Below are positions 38,261-51,016 of a stretch of 64,000 bases of DNA, piece by piece. The DNA comes from Klebsormidium nitens (lineage: Eukaryota > Plantae > Klebsormidiophyceae), in the NCBI GenBank assembly GCA_000708835.1, contig DF237297.1, positions 34,724 through 98,723 of the forward strand. Reading direction: 5' to 3'. The notes under the pieces were generated by a model that was not told where the DNA came from, did not search any database, and was given only the letters and a program-made list of their open reading frames with translations. A program made the position numbers and the translations under genes. Numbering within the stretch: position 1 is the first letter of the stretch; each line of letters starts with the position of its first letter.

Positions 38261-39490
38261 ACCGGCTAGGACCAAACATTCTGTTGACAGTGGCCAGTGG
38301 GCCGTGTCGGCACTTTCAGAGGATTGAGCAGTTGACTACTTTGATGGGCTAGTCAACAAATCCGCAAGAAGCCGGCCTTCAGGACTCGGTGCAATAACAA
38401 GCGTCATGTGCACATACGGGCGGCCCTCGGAAAGCGCGCAACAGCCATGCATTCGTGCTCCACAACCGGCCTCCTGGCCGTCCGACTACAGGAAGAGTTG
38501 GTGGGTTGTAATTGCTCCAGTCCCTTGGCCGAAGCAAATTCAGAGATTGTCTGAGCTGGCAGTCAACCCGTCGTATTCGCGCAGTGACTCGCTCCAGCCC
38601 AACACCGAGCTGCAAACAGTGCGGGACAAGGAGAATAAGTGTCTGCATAACCGGGGCGGTTTTGGAAAGGTAGTGACAGAAGGCTGAATCGAAGTTGAGT
38701 CAACCGTCGGAGGGTTTGAAGGAACTCTAACTGGCGGCTGGATTGCCACCCTCGACGGAACTTGCACCAGGTCGTCTCTGAGGCATGACTATCTAAGACG
38801 CCATAAGATCCTACTTCTAGAAAGCATCAAGGGCCAAAAGCACCGCCGTGGCACCGGATCCCGCGACACTGACACCGATCCCGGTGCATTGAATGTTTCT
38901 CCTTGTCCCGGCTCAGACGGAAGTAGATAAGATCGTAATACGAGGTGATCCTGCTGATGCACCGAGTGGGGCCGTGTATGTATTTGCTCAACGCACCTTA
39001 CCAGTGTGGACGGCCTGGGCATGCACGCGGGTCCGGAGCTGCTGCGCGAATCCGACGTGGCAGTCCGCCCATCGAGCGGCATGCACCAATGGCAAGCAGG
39101 CAACTGCGAGCACGCATGATATAAGAAAAATCTGTACATTGATCTTTGCTAGTACTATTCGATATGCGGCAAGGCACGGGTGCATGCGGTCGCTGCAGAC
39201 GGCCTAGGGAACTCGACGAGGCCGCACGAGGAGGCTGCGCCTAAGGCGGTGACGACCTTACCTGTGCAATATCGGACTGAATTCAAATGATTGGGACCCA
39301 CGAACAGAAGGAAGAAGGAGGAAGTTAATATCGGAAAGGATACGGAAAAAGATGGAGCGCAACAGGAGCAGACGTCGGCAAAGATTGCCAGCTCAGGTTA
39401 CCTTGCTGTGGTGGCCAGTCCGATGGCACAGCATGGCCGTGCTTGGGCGGCGGAAGATCCCCCCCGCGCGAGGTCAGTGTCGCGCCTCCA

Positions 39491-41937
39491 CTACGAACGT
39501 CGCTCCCCAGTTGACGTCAGCCGACCTTTTTCGAGGATTTCGCTTACTGCAGTCACATAAGAGGAGCGGGAAATGAGAGCAAGTGACGCGTCCGAGGAAG
39601 CGGCACAGAAATCAAAGACGACTGCAACTGGGCGAAAGTGCCAAACAGGAGTAGAAGAGTGAGACCACACAACATCAGCACAAGCATCGATGTTGCATCA
39701 GCAAAGCACATGAAGTTGCTTCGTTCGGATCAACGCGTAGCTCAGGCCATAAAAAGTTGTCCCAGGGTAGAAAGCTGATTACAGGATTATTATGACTCTA
39801 TCACGACGAAACCTGGAGGTGACACTCCAGGGACAGACCGCAGCCACGTGGCAGCCGAACCCCAGCCAGCGGCGCCCTCGCTCTTCCCAAAATCGAGCTA
39901 GCATCGGGCGCTCAACATGGCAGCACGGCCTTACCCACCAGTCCGTCCAGAAAGTGAGCAATAAGACACAGCCGCAACACATGTCAACGAAATCCATACG
40001 ATTTGCAAACACGGCGTCCCATGCAGGACTTGTTGAAGGGAGGCGATAGCGTGCGGGAGCGCAGCTGCTCACTTGTGGCGTGCTGCACGCTGGGCTGGTC
40101 GCCCAGAAGGGCCGCAGTGGCGGCCAGCTCGCCGGGGGCAGCGCCGTAAGAGAAGCGCGGGACCGCAGCCTCGATCAAGCGATACCTGTACAGACCAAGG
40201 AAGAAAAGCGTTTGACGTCCTTGAGGCTTGGAGGGGGAGAGAAGTTAACGGCCAGTGTCAAACTCACGAAGCCCGCTGTGAATTCATTGCAGAGATGTGC
40301 CAAATGCACAGAGCGGCACCATTCAATTCCAGGAGGTAGCCGGAGGGTCACTCAAAACAGGAGAGACAGGATGCGAAAACTCCACAACCAGGTTCGTTTA
40401 GCGTGGCAAACAAACTTTGTGCAGGTTCATTGGCGTCTCCCGACGGTAGCTTGCTAATCGCGTAAGTCTGAAGGAGCGCGGCTTAACCACAACAGGCAAA
40501 ACAAGTAGAAAACGTCGCTGTACGGCGATCTTCACAAAGGAGCACAAGACGAGGCTACGGAGACAGACTCCCCGACTGGGCTGAAGGGGCCTAGATTGGA
40601 AAAATGCACACAAAGGAGGCTGACAAGACAAGTGATGGGACCATTGAAAGCCTTCGTACTTATCTACAAGTTGCAAATCCACATTCTACAACAAGCTGAT
40701 GAGCGCAACAGGGCTGTTTGTAAGAGACAAGAGGGCCGATGCCAATGCTTGGCAGGTCAATGGACGCCATCAGCCAACCTGAAAGACTATCATCGACACT
40801 GTCATGATCTTCCGGCTGTACTCACTCGTCCTCGTACATTTGGGCCACCTGGCGCAGCCCATCAATGCAGCTTTGCAGCGACGCCTCGCAGCCGCTGTGG
40901 CCCACCAGCTGCTGCACTGTCAGCTGAGGCCGCTGGGACGCCACCTGGCGCTGCGCGTCGCGGGCGCAGCGGGACAGGCCCTGCGCACATGCGCGGAGGG
41001 AGGCCCTGCGGGGAGCAGAGGAGCCGGTCAGGCAACAGTAAGGTGATGCATGGCTGGCAGGGGGCTTGCAGCTAAGTGACGCACACATGGTAGACACTGG
41101 TGGCAATGAGAGAATTGTCGATTCTGGAGGAACACACTGGTTCTAATTCCATTATCTGTGCCTTCTTCAAGGTCTCTCTACACCGCAACGATTAGAATGG
41201 ATCTTGTCGCAGGGGCGACCACTGTGGCACCTCCCCATTGTTGCCAGGCTCGTAAGGAAGAGTCCAAGTGGTGACCCTGAAGAGACAGAGCAGCGCAGAG
41301 CCCCTGCTCGGGCGGCAATGTGCCCCTGGCAATGAGACAGCATGCCGCAAGGGCACCAAGTGCACGTCAATGATGGGATCGAATTGCACAACTGTGGAGA
41401 GGCAGCCCACATTGCATCGTGACACTTGCTGAGAAGGCCCTCGAGTGCCCCCACTTGCTGTGCCTGCAGCCGCTCAGTGTATCCCTCCACCTCCGCCAAG
41501 ACGCCATAGCTGGCACGGTTGGCCAGAACCTGCAACAATAGCTATTTCTTTACTTTAGGAGCCTGCCTTCAACCAGGCTTCCTCTTACTGGTATGGGCTT
41601 TCCGCCGGAGAGCAAGGCTGGCCGGTCGCACCAATGTAATACTTAACACAGCGCACAACTTTGGCCCCAATGCCGGCACTTAGGAGGAGGCTGAAAAGAG
41701 GCAGGGCAATCTCGAAGGTGACGGAATGCACCGCCGAGTCAGCTGGACAGCTCGAAGTAACAGTTGGTGACATCGCACATGAGAAGCTCAAGCATCGGTG
41801 CTCACCGGCAGCCTGCCCAGGATTGCCTGCGCGTTGCCCAGAAGTGCCAGCAGGCGGACGTGCTGCTGCTGCCACTGTTCCGTGTACTCCTCAGCGCAGG
41901 TGTGCAGGCCAGCCACCTTCTGCCGCAGCCGCTCCAT
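39491..41937 (-). CDS. At5g43822-like / C1orf109 (AIRIM)-family coiled-coil protein, ~199 aa; last exon tentative
   Basis: Exons 41937-41806, 41529-41411, 41005-40826, 40185-40073, 39546-39491 (tentative); phases consistent. Matches the remembered plant family pattern W..Q..RL..L.NA..I..RL.VL....YG.L; SL..C.DGL.....M...EY; LL.DQP (here LLGDQPSV). Confidence 0.7.
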
Positions 41938-42453
41938 CACGCCACCGAGGACCCTGCACTGGCAGCATTTTCTTTCTTTCATATGCAAGAAAAAGACTTG
42001 GCATATGCGCAATTTGCCTCGCAAATGAAGGGACGGGGCAGGTAAATCTTGGGTGGTAAGAACAGGCTCAGGTTTTCACACCTCGCCCCGCCCAGCTTTC
42101 AGAATACGGCCTTTTCAGATGTCCCTTATGTTGCTACGACAGCCGCTTTCTTCCTTCAAAGCAAAGCAGGTGTTAAAAGAAGAGGGCTGTCGTCCCTTTT
42201 CACACTTTTTAAAAGTGGCCCTGACCCAAGCGCTGCACTACGTGAAGAAGACGCGTCTGCATGCAGCATCGCAGCACACCATGTGCTCAGCACGGAAACT
42301 CGGGAGGATCACTAGTTGCAGGGGCGCATCGGCCTTCCCTGATGGTGTTGCCTGGTGCTGTGGTGGTGCTTTCATCGGCACAGCTTGAAGTGCCTGTTTT
42401 TCTTCCGCTGATTGCGCGACAGCTGGCGTGCCTTCTGAGCAACCTGTTCAGAG

Positions 42454-45400
42454 ATGAAGATTGTGAGCTTCAACGTGAACGGGCTACGGCCCCGCGCCAA
42501 GGAGTTTGGCGGCCTCAAGCAGCTGCTGGACGCCCTCGATGCTGACATCATCTGTCTGCAGGTGGGGGTTGCATGTCGAACTTTGTCCTCTTGATAATTT
42601 TGGTGCGAGATTGACAGGACTTTGTTTGAATCAACGTCCAGACAGTTTCATGCTTTGCAGTTTGCTTTCCATGTTGACGGGGGACAATATGTCAGGCAGT
42701 TCTATGTGAGGGCTAAGCAATCAGGAGGGCAGTTACAGCATTGCGTCTTTGTCAAGCTTCTGTGAATACCTGGCACTCCGTCAGAGTGGGGAAGAGACGG
42801 GGCTACTTGTTTTGCCCTTTTGTACTTCAATTTCATGTTCGTTTCAATTCACCTCACAGCCAGCTTTGTGAGAAAGAGGTGCCTTTGATCTGCCCCCTCT
42901 TTTCGTAAAAATGCTTTCAGCTCCTGCCGCTCTTCCCCTCCCCCAGGAGACCAAGCTGGCCCGCACTGACCTGTCTGCGGACGTTGCCGTCGCCGACGGC
43001 TACGAGTCTTTCTTTGCGTTCCCCCGGGGCAAGCACGCGCGCGGCGGCTGGTCCGGCGTGGCCACCTTCTGCCGCACCGGGGGTGGCACTTCGGGGACAA
43101 GCGCAGTGCTGCCCACTGCCGCGGAGGAGGGCTTTACGGGCGTGCAGCACCTGCGGGCCGGGGGGGCGCTGGCAGAGGGAGTTGTGGGGCAGTATGAGGC
43201 CGTGTGGGCGGGCGAGACGGGGAGCCGGGCGCGGCTGGAGGAGCTGGACCAGGAGGGCAGGACGGTTGTAACCGACCATGGCGCCTTCGGTGAGAAGGGG
43301 AACAAAGAGGTTGAGCGGAGGAAAGGCTTGGAGATCTGAAGATATTGACGGTTTCGCGGCTGGAACAGGGTCTGTACAGCACTGCCACTTTGTAAATCGG
43401 AGACAAAACATAGGCTTCGAAGCATGGACACATGTTTTGTAGATGTTGGCCAGAGAACTGAATGGCACCAGCGCCAGTTTGCTTGGCTTGTGAGCATCGC
43501 GGTGACGATTTCCCTGAGTCACAATGCTTCGGAGCTGACGATAGCCCCCATCATGCATGCGCAGTGCTGTTCAACATCTACGGGCCGTGTGTTCAGCCGG
43601 GGGACGATGAGCGCATCGCCTTCAAGCTCGACTTTTACCGCACGTTGCAGGTCAGCCCCCACTCCAGCCCAAGCTCCTGTGGCCAACCCAGACCCTTCGA
43701 CAGACATTTCGGCAGTTGTTCGTAGATTTACTCCGTCTTTTGTGATACTGGCGCGGATGTGCAGGTTAGCCTTATGATCTGGATACTTTGGTTTTCCGCA
43801 GTTTTTCTCATGTCTACCCTGTAGGGGAGTCTGAACTACTCTTCCAGGGCTTGCCGTCTCTGTTGCAGAGCCACATGCTCGGGCCATGTGAATTCTTCTG
43901 CTCAAAAGGGCTAGTGCGTATAGAGCGCACTACTCGCGTCCTGATCACTGCTCTTTTGTCAAGGGGGTCCCTGCTTCTGGGTGCTGACACGGTGAGTCTT
44001 TGCTCCCTTTCCAGCGTCGATGGGAGAGTTTGTTGGCGGCGGGCCGGCGCCTGGTGGTGGTGGGCGACCTCAACATCGCCCCCGCCGCCGTCGACAGCGT
44101 GCACGCCGGGCCGGACGTCAACGCCAGCCCGTGACTCATTCGTGCCGCCTTGCTCCGAATTTCTCAATGGGCCGACTAGGCGCAGCAACAACTTGTCTCT
44201 CAAGAGGGCCAAGAATTCAGCGGATCTGATTCGGTTTACACAACATGGTTATGACAAGGTTCCTCACCACTGCCTAGGGGCCTTCAGACCAGCCAATGGA
44301 GGGGCACAAGGAGCCTGTTTGTTGAGCCCCCAGTATATCAAGACGTGTTCTGGTCTACTATTCGGATAAACGCCAGGCCACCTGCATTGAATCTGTCTTG
44401 TGCTGCACGAACCGAACCAGGTCCAGCTTCATCGTGCATAGTGTGACAAGTCGATTCCGCCTTTTGGTGAAATCGAGCCGTTTCATGCCTCCTTGGTGCG
44501 GCTGTGCAGTCTGACCAGCCAGTACTGCTCCACTTTGGGTGTCAAAGTCAATACTTCGAAACGGGCGACCGGCCAACCATCCCGTAACGCACCTTCCCTT
44601 GTACAGGAGCCGTGTGTGGTTGCAGTCCATGCTGCGCGCTAACGGCGGCCCCTTCACGGACACCTTCCGCACAGTGCACCCCGACCGGCGGGACGCCTAC
44701 ACGTGCTTCTCCACTGCCAGCGGTGCCGCGGCCTTCAACTACGGCTCGCGCATTGACCTCATACTCGTGGCGGGGCTCTGCCAGCACGCCGCCCAGCGCC
44801 GGCCGGCACAAGGGCAAGGGGGCAAGCAGGCGGTAGATTGGGGTGGTCACGGGACTGGGGAAGTGGGGATTGCAGAGGCAGATGAGTATAGAAGGGACTG
44901 CGTAGGCTCTACAAGCGGACAGAGGGAGGCGTTTGAAGGGGCGTTGCAGCACATGGTTGATACCGACGCCTCACTTGCAGGGTCGTTTGATGTTCGCGAG
45001 GGATCGCGAGGAGTTGCGGGGGCGGGTGGCCTGTCGGGATCGCTGCAAGCCCACTTGTTTGAGGAGTTCCGGGAAGCGGTGCGCCGACACAGTACTGGGG
45101 CAAACGAGGCAGCGGCAGCTGACGGACTAGCGCGGTTTCGGGCTGACACAGCGGGATGCAGCCCCCAGTCGACAGTCCAATGTACAGAAGAGGTTAACGA
45201 GACGCAGAAGGAACAGCGGCAGACAGAGGGGTCTGTTCGGGTTGCCGGCCAGGGGCAGGACAGCCTGAAAGACGACCTACCGGCTGCTAGCGTCGATAAA
45301 CCCGTCGGGCGGCCCGAAGTGGCATGCTGGCCGTGTTCCGCAAAAGACGGTGCGCACGGGCTGGCCGAGTGCGAGGTGGTGGGCGCGGACATCTGCAGCG

Positions 45401-47218
45401 TGTTCCCCGGCTCGTCGGACCACCGCCCCGTCTTCGTATGCCTGCGGCCGCAGCCGGAGGGGCCATCGCACCGCGTGCCGCCGCTTTCGACGCGCTTCAT
45501 GCCCGAGCTGCGGGGCAAGCAGACGCGCATCCGTGAGCGCCGCAGTGCATGATCGCCCTCGTATCGTTTCAGCCGTGTTTCGCGTGACCCTGTGCTATGG
45601 TTTGCAGTGAGGCACCGCGCCGATGAGTTGTCGAGCTTGACAACGTCAAAGCGGTCGTCGCATCCACCACCTTTGGCAGCTCTCTTCTCTTGAGCCTCTT
45701 CCTTCTGGACCTTGAGACGGCCACTTGCTGGGACGGGCTGAACAAAGGCGTGGATGCTGCGAAGTCCACAGCTACGGAGTTCAGTCTCTGGCGGCCCTTG
45801 CCTCTCAGCCGGTTTCCGCTGCCGGATCCGGTCGTCATCCGGCTTTTATCCGATGTATTCCGTTGTTTCCCGGGTTTCGATCGTGCTTCATCAGGTCTGT
45901 AATCCGGGATAATCCAATGTCAATCCCGCATAAGATTCGCCGTACACCTGGATTCATGCGCCGTGTGTCCGTTTCGCAGTGGGTTACCTCGGCAGCCGTC
46001 CCACAGTGGGGCCCGCTGCCGCCGTTGTGGCGGCCCCACTGCCCCCCGCTCCCGGCGATGCCAGCACCAGCAGCGGGCCTGCCGTAGACGGCGCGGCAGC
46101 AGCACGCCGGGCGGATGCGGGCCTCGGAAATGGGCACTCTGGAAGGACGACGGGCGGGCTGGCCGGTTGGGCGAGCAGCCGCGGGCCGGAACTTGGAAAG
46201 AAGCGGAAAGGGGCAGCCGACGGCGGCCGGCCCGCCAAGCAGCGGAGCTTGCGGGAGCTCTTTGGGGCAGCGGTCGCCCCAAAGTTGAGCGGGGCAGTCG
46301 AGCGGAGCAGCTCCTTACGGGCGACGGTAACGGCGCTCGCCGCACCGGTCAGCGTTTCAAAGGAGCGCGAGGACGACATCGAGGATACCTCGTCAGCGGA
46401 TGTCGAGGGGTCGTCGCGCGGTGCCTGGTCGGAGCCGCGGGCTGGCGGGGACGCTGCGGCGGGGTGGGCGGCGCTGCGGGCGCGCATGGCGGCGCGGCAC
46501 CCGGTGTGCCGGCACGGGGAGCCTGCAGTGGCGCGCGTGGTCAAGAAGGCGGGGCCCACCGTGGGGCGCACCTTCTTCTGTTGCGCCAGGGCCACCGTGA
46601 GCCACCCGCACAAACACAGCCGGCCGCCCCCGGCGGCTGATCTTATGTGCTAACGTGCGGGGTCGACCCTGATTAAGAACGCGAGCTTGACTGGTTATTT
46701 GGAAGTTTCTCAAGAAACGCTGTGCAAAAGAGACTTCCAGGCACCTTCTGGTGCCAGTTCAGGGTGTCGAGTGTCGTGTTGAGACTCGCTTGGGGCTCGT
46801 CCAGTCTGACCGGGTTGTCCTTCCGCGCGTAAAGTGCACCATTCTTGCAGCAGCAATCCGTTCCTTTCCAACAAACTGTTACTGCGCTTTGCCACGTCGA
46901 GGTAATCATCTTCTGCACAAGACCGGCTGAGCCTAGGAAGAAAGAAGCAAACAGATGAGATTCGAGGTATTGAAAGGATTGGGCTGCAGCTAAAGTGAAC
47001 AAATCTTGGTACAGTCTCTCACCAGCAAGTTTTAGGATCTCCATAAAATCCAAGACGGTATCTCGATCACTGATCCTTACAAACCTTCATTTCACTGAGT
47101 GCCATTGCATGTCATGCAGGGTCCCAGCTCCAATCCCGAGGCACGATGTGATTACTTCGAGTGGGCTTTGTCGAACACCGCGAGGTCCTTGAAGCCCTCC
47201 TCTGGTCGAACGCGCTAA
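42454..47218 (+). CDS. APE2: DNA-(apurinic/apyrimidinic site) endonuclease 2 with C-terminal Zf-GRF, ~764 aa
   Basis: Exons 42454-42561, 42947-43289, 43565-43650, 44015-44130, 44607-45532, 45980-46596, 47120-47218. EEP motifs [63 protein letters not shown] finger [33 protein letters not shown]....ARCDYFEW. Confidence 0.95.
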
Positions 47219-47379
47219 TCAGTAGCGTATTGTTTCTTAATCTGACTTGGTGAGAGTTGGCCTTGGCACGCTCTTCTAACAGGTCCTCTTGAAGACCTCG
47301 GTACGTCGGATCCATGGGGTCAATCATTGAATTGAGAAGAAGCCAGTCACGTGACTCACCGAGTTCATCGAATTGAACA

Positions 47380-47900
47380 TCATGGACAATGATAGAGCCA
47401 GGCAGCAATTAATGCCAGGATCGTTTGGAAGAACAGTACGCGTTCGCACGCAAGATCACGCAGCTAGATATGTATTGTGAATCACTATTACTGAGTATAT
47501 AAATACTTGTTAACCTGGGATCGACAAGCAGGCTGCAATCGCGCTCATGTGCACCATTCCGACCATGCGGACTCACGTATACTATATACATGATACTAAG
47601 CAACATGTACGTTGCATTACAACTTATTGTCATATATACGCACGTGCATCATTGTGCCTATAGTACACTGAGCTATATATTGCATGGACGTACGTATACA
47701 TTCATCGCGCATGCATGCATCATGGCGTAATTGCATAATGCGCGGGCCGCCGCACATATACCAGATGTCCCACATGCGGGGACGGTGCTGGCCGGAAAAC
47801 TGTATATGCATCTGAGTCTAGCTGCCGACCGAATACGTGCCTTCACTGGAATCATCACGACAATGTTTCTGCAGAGCCGCATGGTATGCACAGAAGTTGA
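47380..47900. other. Palindrome-rich convergent-junction spacer F
   Basis: CGCGTTCGCACG, CAGCTAG, TATATACATGA, ACATGTAC, ATATATACGCACGTGCAT, GTACGTATAC, GCGCATGCATGCATC between the 3' ends of APE2 and Aurora. Boundaries approximate. Confidence 0.7.
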
Positions 47901-48233
47901 CTGTAATCACATTCTCGTCTAAAAGGAAATGCTGTCCACTTCCGAAGCAATTTGCGCGAGGGTACCTTGACACGCTTGTGCTGACAGATGATACACGACT
48001 TAAATGAAAAGGACCTGCTTTGCAGAATTAGTTGCATAAGATCGTCGACGATAAGTCGGAAGCCCAGAGTGGACCTTCGATTGAAGCAAATAGGCGTCTG
48101 CACTTATCTAACGTAGTTCCCTTCTACAAGGCCGGCCGCTGATGTCAAATCCTCAGGGACCAATGTAAACAGTAGCATCTATTCGTTAAACCTGCTCCAA
48201 GCATTGAGCAGGCAGGCTGAGGCGAACCGGGGG

Positions 48234-51016
48234 TCATGAGGTGTAACTCCCGCTTGGTTCAGCGTTGGCCAGGATCCACGGGTGTTGAAGGACTTGCGAT
48301 AAAGGCATCCTCTGTTTGGGGTCTTTTATAAGAAGCTGCACAAAACAGCCCACGGTCAAAGCAGGCACTTCTTCGAGGAGCGAAACTCTGCCATCATTGG
48401 ACACAAGACAGACGGGAACGCCGAATCACTTCAGTCTTCGGCCCTTACCACCCAGCGAATCAAGTCAGACATGGCTCCTTCAGAAGGCTCTCACTACGTG
48501 CACAAAGCCATGCAACAAACGTACGGACAGTCCTGCAGCGATTAGGATCATTGAACATCATTGCTGACCTGGAAGCGGACGGCAAAGAGAAACATGTAAT
48601 TTCGCGCCAACGTGTCTTGACTCACTTTTGTGATCAGGTCCTTTGCCCCGAGGCTGACTTGCGGGTGGGCTGGGTACTGGAGGTCCACTCGCAGAATCCT
48701 GCACAGCAAGCAGTGACGTACTCAGAATCTTAAGGGGTACTTCGAGCAAGCAAGTACATTGCATACTTTTCTAGGAACGGCCAGCGGAGTGAAGGGCGAG
48801 GTGGCACGCTGCCCGAGCTGCCCCCGCCGGTGCGTAATCGGCTGCGCACCTTTTGTACGTCTCGGAGTGGCCCGCGGCCTCAAAGGGGGGCACCCCAAAG
48901 AGAAACTCGAAGAGGAGCACGCCCAGGCTCCACACGTCCACCGTGGCATCGTGCTCGCGGCCCTCAACTGCACGGGACAGAAACGCACGGCACGGCGGTG
49001 AGACGCCCATGGCATCGTTGGTCTCTGAGCAAGCTCCAGAGATCAACCGGACTGTGGACACGAACGATCATGGAAACAGCTCACGGTCAAGGATCAACTG
49101 TCGACCACAGAAAGAAGCACACAAGAGAGGCCGACTTTGGATGAACAGCTTTGCTCCGCGCATTGCAGTCCCCTGAAAAGTGTGAGTCGACAGGTGAAGC
49201 ACCAAATGTCGCCTCAAGCGTCTTTGCATGGCTGCGATGGATGATTGTGCATAAGTTTCTCAAGTGTCAAGAGACACGTGGCCTCACCCATCTCTGGCGG
49301 CAGATAGTCCAGCGTCCCGCACAAGGTCTGCCGGCGGCTGTTTGGAGCATGCACCGACCAGCCAAAGTCGGCGATCTTCAACTCGCCCTGCACAAACGGA
49401 AGAGTCTCAGAAAGAGTCCTTTCGTGAGATTTGAGAGCGATACAGAGGACAATACGAGCAATCACAGTTCTCTTGTCGGGAGAGATGCCGCGCAATGGAA
49501 AACCAGTCGGAGAACCTCAACCAGCACTTTGTTGCAGCATAACATCCTTTTCCCGGTGCTTGCCGGACGCGCTGACCTTGATGCCCATGAGCAGGTTCTC
49601 GGGCTTGATGTCGCGGTGGATGACGTGCTTGGAGTGGCAGTAGAGCAGCGCGCGCGCCAGCGAGGCGATGTACGTGGCGGAGCGGCGCTCGCTGAAGTAC
49701 TTGCAGCGCTGCAGCTCCTTGTACAGCTCGCCCTTGGCCGCGTACTCCAGGATCAGATACACACGGTTCTGCACCAAGCAACAGCAGGCCGTGTCACCAC
49801 AAACCCATCATCATGTCACCACTCAAGTGCATATCTCTGAAAGTGGAGCCGGGCAAGGGAGCAAGACAGTCCTGTGGCATGCCAGAGCGACGGGGTGAGC
49901 TTGCGCGGTGGCCACACCGTGTCATAGAAGTAGCCATAGAGGCGCAGGATGTTGGGGTGGCGCAGGTGGCTCTGGATCTCGATCTCGCGCCGCAGCTGGT
50001 GCTCCACCTGCGACTGCTGCAGCTGGTTCTTGAAGAGCACCTTCAAGGCCACGATGTACTTGCTCTGCATGAGGGGGAAAGGGAAGGACACGTTCAGCGC
50101 GCACAACTGGGAAACAGAACCTTGGCTGGGGGCAAAGACAAACTTGGGAGTTGCTGCCAGTGAAGTGTGTGCAGTGGGCTTGCACACACTTTGCCACAAC
50201 TATAGGTCTCATGTCTTTCAACTTATCCCCACCCACCCTTCCCCCCAAAGTTTGTCTTCGGTGTCCAAGAAGGGCTGCGGCAAATGTATGACTAACTAAG
50301 GAAGTCTGACACTTGGAATTACCATGTTCTCGTAAGAGAAGGAACATGTCAGGTGGACTCACAGCTTTTTCTCGTGCCAAGTATACATTTCCGAACTTGC
50401 CCCTCCCAAGAGGCTTGCCAATGTCAAAGTCCCCCAGTTGCCACCGTTTCTCGTCCTTCCCTTTCTGCAGGCTTCCAACCTCGCAAGATGTTGACTGCAG
50501 AGGAATTGTCACATCAGGGGGTCAAACGTCAGCTCTGCGCCGGTGCCAATTGCACAAAACTGTTCTCAGTTATAGACTGGCGGGGAGAGTAGGTGCCGAC
50601 GAAATTGTTTTCAAAGCTGAAGAAGATGTGTCATAACCATCTCTAGTATCTCAGGCGCAATCGCGGGGAATCGAGCAATGAATGCAAGCAGGTTTGGCAG
50701 ATGGTCATGTTGCTTGCACAAAATATGCTCTGCAGCAGGACCGCAAGAAACAGGGTTGCCCAATGAGTCTGAAAGGACAGGCATGTGACCAAGGTGACCA
50801 CTCAGGACCAGCCATAGGACTTGAGCTTGCGCTGCTGACCTCCTTTCCTCGCAAAGCCTGCTTGGGATCTAGTTGCTCTTCATCCATCCCAGATACACTT
50901 GCGTCCATGTTGGGCCTGTTCTCATCATTCTCCGCCAGCACAGCTCGACCTGTTTTCTCCGACACCAAAAATTCGTTGCGTGCTTTCTGGATTCGCCCAG
51001 TGGCAGGTGGAGTCAT
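48234..51016 (-). CDS. AUR: Aurora kinase, ~346 aa; extreme N-terminus uncertain
   Basis: Exons 51016-50840, 50494-50363, 50064-49918, 49768-49577, 49387-49288, 48967-48850, 48698-48626, 48335-48234. Motifs [104 protein letters not shown]. Confidence 0.97.

Noticed and set aside
38640-38690. RGGFGKV resembling a kinase glycine-rich loop
   Set aside because: It is followed by a stop five codons later, with no VAxK, HRD or DFG motif nearby.
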